Below are positions 62,502 through 64,000 of a DNA stretch of 64,000 nt, one piece after another. Location: the IMG/VR virus record IMGVR_UViG_3300031952_000004, positions 1 to 64,000 of that record. The stretch is one strand, 5' to 3'. The translations under genes were made by a program, and so were the position numbers. The stretch is from a virus. Under the pieces are notes generated by a model. That model searched no databases, was not told the DNA's origin, and saw only the letters and a program-made list of their open reading frames with translations. The number at the start of each line of letters is the position of its first letter. Within the stretch, counting starts at the first letter, position 1.

Positions 62502-63134
62502 ATGGAAGATAATCATATGGAAGAAGCAAAAAAAATAGTCGAAGAAATGGATAAAGATATAAATTTAAAAAGAGCAGAAGAACTTATTAGAGATAATAAG
62601 ATTCAATTTGAATATAAAGATAAACAATATAGAGTTCGTATGCTTAATTTAAAAGAAAAGGAAGAATTAGATATGCTTCGTAGAAAAAAATTTGGACAAC
62701 TTATTCAGGATAAAGATATTCTTCTCGAAAAAGACCTTATTAAAGTACTTAAAACAAGAGATATAGATGTAGATAAAATTAATGACGATATAAAAAAATT
62801 AGAAGTTGGAGAATTAGATTTACAAATAAAATTAGGAGAAGCTATTTCTAAAAACGAAAATGAAACTATTTTAAAAAGATATAAAGAGCAAATCGAAGAA
62901 ATAAGATTAAAAATAGCAATATTAAATACTCAAAAAACTTTAATATTAGAATTTAGTTTAGAAAATCAACTTTTAAATTATATTTCGCAAATAATTACTT
63001 ATTTGAGTGCAGATATTTTAGAAGATGGAATTTGGAGAAGGATGTTTAATTCTTTGGTAGAATTTCAAAGTTATTCAGACGAATCTTTAATTAATAGAGC
63101 AGGGCAAATGAGTATGATTTTGCAGTATATTTAA
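62502..63134 (+). CDS. Putative tail assembly chaperone
   Basis: Helical; two ORFs before the tape measure. Confidence 0.5.
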   Translation: MEDNHMEEAKKIVEEMDKDINLKRAEELIRDNKIQFEYKDKQYRVRMLNLKEKEELDMLRRKKFGQLIQDKDILLEKDLIKVLKTRDIDVDKINDDIKKLEVGELDLQIKLGEAISKNENETILKRYKEQIEEIRLKIAILNTQKTLILEFSLENQLLNYISQIITYLSADILEDGIWRRMFNSLVEFQSYSDESLINRAGQMSMILQYI

Positions 63135-63138
63135 AAAT

Positions 63139-63477
63139 ATGAATATATGGTATAATATCAGGTTATTAGCTAAGAGTATAAAGGCTCAAAATTTATTTGC
63201 AGCAGCAAAAGAAATTTCAAGTATTAAATTATTTAAAAATAATTTTAATTTTTCTAAAATACAAGAATTATATCTTAACTATTTATATATGTACGATGCT
63301 ATTTTAAAAGATATAATTACCGAAAATATTAGTAAACATGTAATAGACAATGAAATTTATGAAGATGCTTATATGTTATGGCGAAAAGAAAATAGATACA
63401 AAAAACAAAAATCACAAGATAAAAATAAAGGCATTCATTTGGTTGCTGGAAACAAAATAAAATTTAAAGAGGGATAA
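63139..63477 (+). CDS. Putative second tail assembly chaperone
   Basis: Immediately precedes the tape measure. Confidence 0.45.
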   Translation: MNIWYNIRLLAKSIKAQNLFAAAKEISSIKLFKNNFNFSKIQELYLNYLYMYDAILKDIITENISKHVIDNEIYEDAYMLWRKENRYKKQKSQDKNKGIHLVAGNKIKFKEG

Positions 63478-63481
63478 TACT

Positions 63482-64000
63482 ATGCCAAGTGGAGATTTTC
63501 TCGCACGTATAAAATTAGCATTGGAAGGAAAAGAAAAAGTCGTAAGTGGGTTATCAGAAACACAACGTGCTGCTCAACAACTTGCCAAGACTAAAGTAAC
63601 TACTACCTTCGATAAAGAAGGTCTAGCTACAGGTAAACAAATAGAAGAAACTTTTAAAAATATAACTCCAGCAGCATCGAAAGCCTCTGGTATGATGAAC
63701 GATTTTACCAAAGCATTATCTAGAGTTATAATAGTAGCTCCTATTTGGATGGCTTTTAGAGCTGTTATACAGAGTACGTTTGCTTTACTTAGTGAAGGAT
63801 TTAAAACATGGGAGGATTTTGATAGACAATTAATAAAATCTAAAGCTGTTATTCACGATTATTCTGGAACTACTGACCAAGCTATGGTTGTCTTAGAAGA
63901 TAGAATTAGAACTTTTTCTAAAGAATCAGGAATAGCTTTAGACCAACTAACTTCTTCTTTTTATAGATTCGGAACTGTAGGAATAGCTTTCGAAGATGCT
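63482..64000 (+). CDS. Tape measure protein, N-terminal part (runs off the window)
   Basis: Hand translation MPSGDFLARIKLALEG...EDFDRQLIKSKAV...SFYRFGTVGIAFEDA, TP901-like TMP pattern. Confidence 0.75.
   Translation, partial: MPSGDFLARIKLALEGKEKVVSGLSETQRAAQQLAKTKVTTTFDKEGLATGKQIEETFKNITPAASKASGMMNDFTKALSRVIIVAPIWMAFRAVIQSTFALLSEGFKTWEDFDRQLIKSKAVIHDYSGTTDQAMVVLEDRIRTFSKESGIALDQLTSSFYRFGTVGIAFEDA

Noticed and set aside
63120-63145. Programmed -1 frameshift between the tail chaperones
   Set aside because: No in-frame X XXY YYZ heptamer; the second ORF is in the +1 frame with its own ATG

Overview
This is a 64-kb piece of a very AT-rich tailed dsDNA phage (or prophage) genome, probably siphovirus-like, read with the standard genetic code. 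Two arms diverge from a ~2-kb largely non-coding region at about 32.6-34.6 kb. The minus-strand arm starts with many small early genes driven by sigma70-type promoters. It continues into middle genes: a collagen-like protein, RuvB, a tyrosine recombinase, a sigma factor, SpoVG, a metallophosphoesterase, a trypsin-like protease, an intein-split nucleoside deoxyribosyltransferase-like gene, a DUF5664-like dNTP diphosphohydrolase and a 5'-3' exonuclease. The plus-strand arm encodes virion functions: fibre/beta-helix proteins with an embedded PIG-L deacetylase and GT4 glycosyltransferase, then putative portal, protease/scaffold, capsid, neck, tail tube, chaperones and the start of the tape measure. 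About 11 free-standing homing-type endonuclease genes or remnants are scattered through both arms. Strongest candidates for new biology: (1) an early-region ubiquitin-like module with an E1/ThiF enzyme, a 65-aa protein ending in Gly-Gly, a large Cys-domain partner under a duplicated promoter and an adjacent SprT-like protease; (2) a sharply bounded 9.2-kb island with ~47 mostly same-orientation CCGG/CCCGG sites in a genome that otherwise avoids CCGG; (3) a bipartite promoter shared by the middle and late arms next to a Cys-inserted sigma factor; (4) a possible virion-glycosylation cassette. All product calls come from motif recognition by eye, counts are manual, and no database searches were run.
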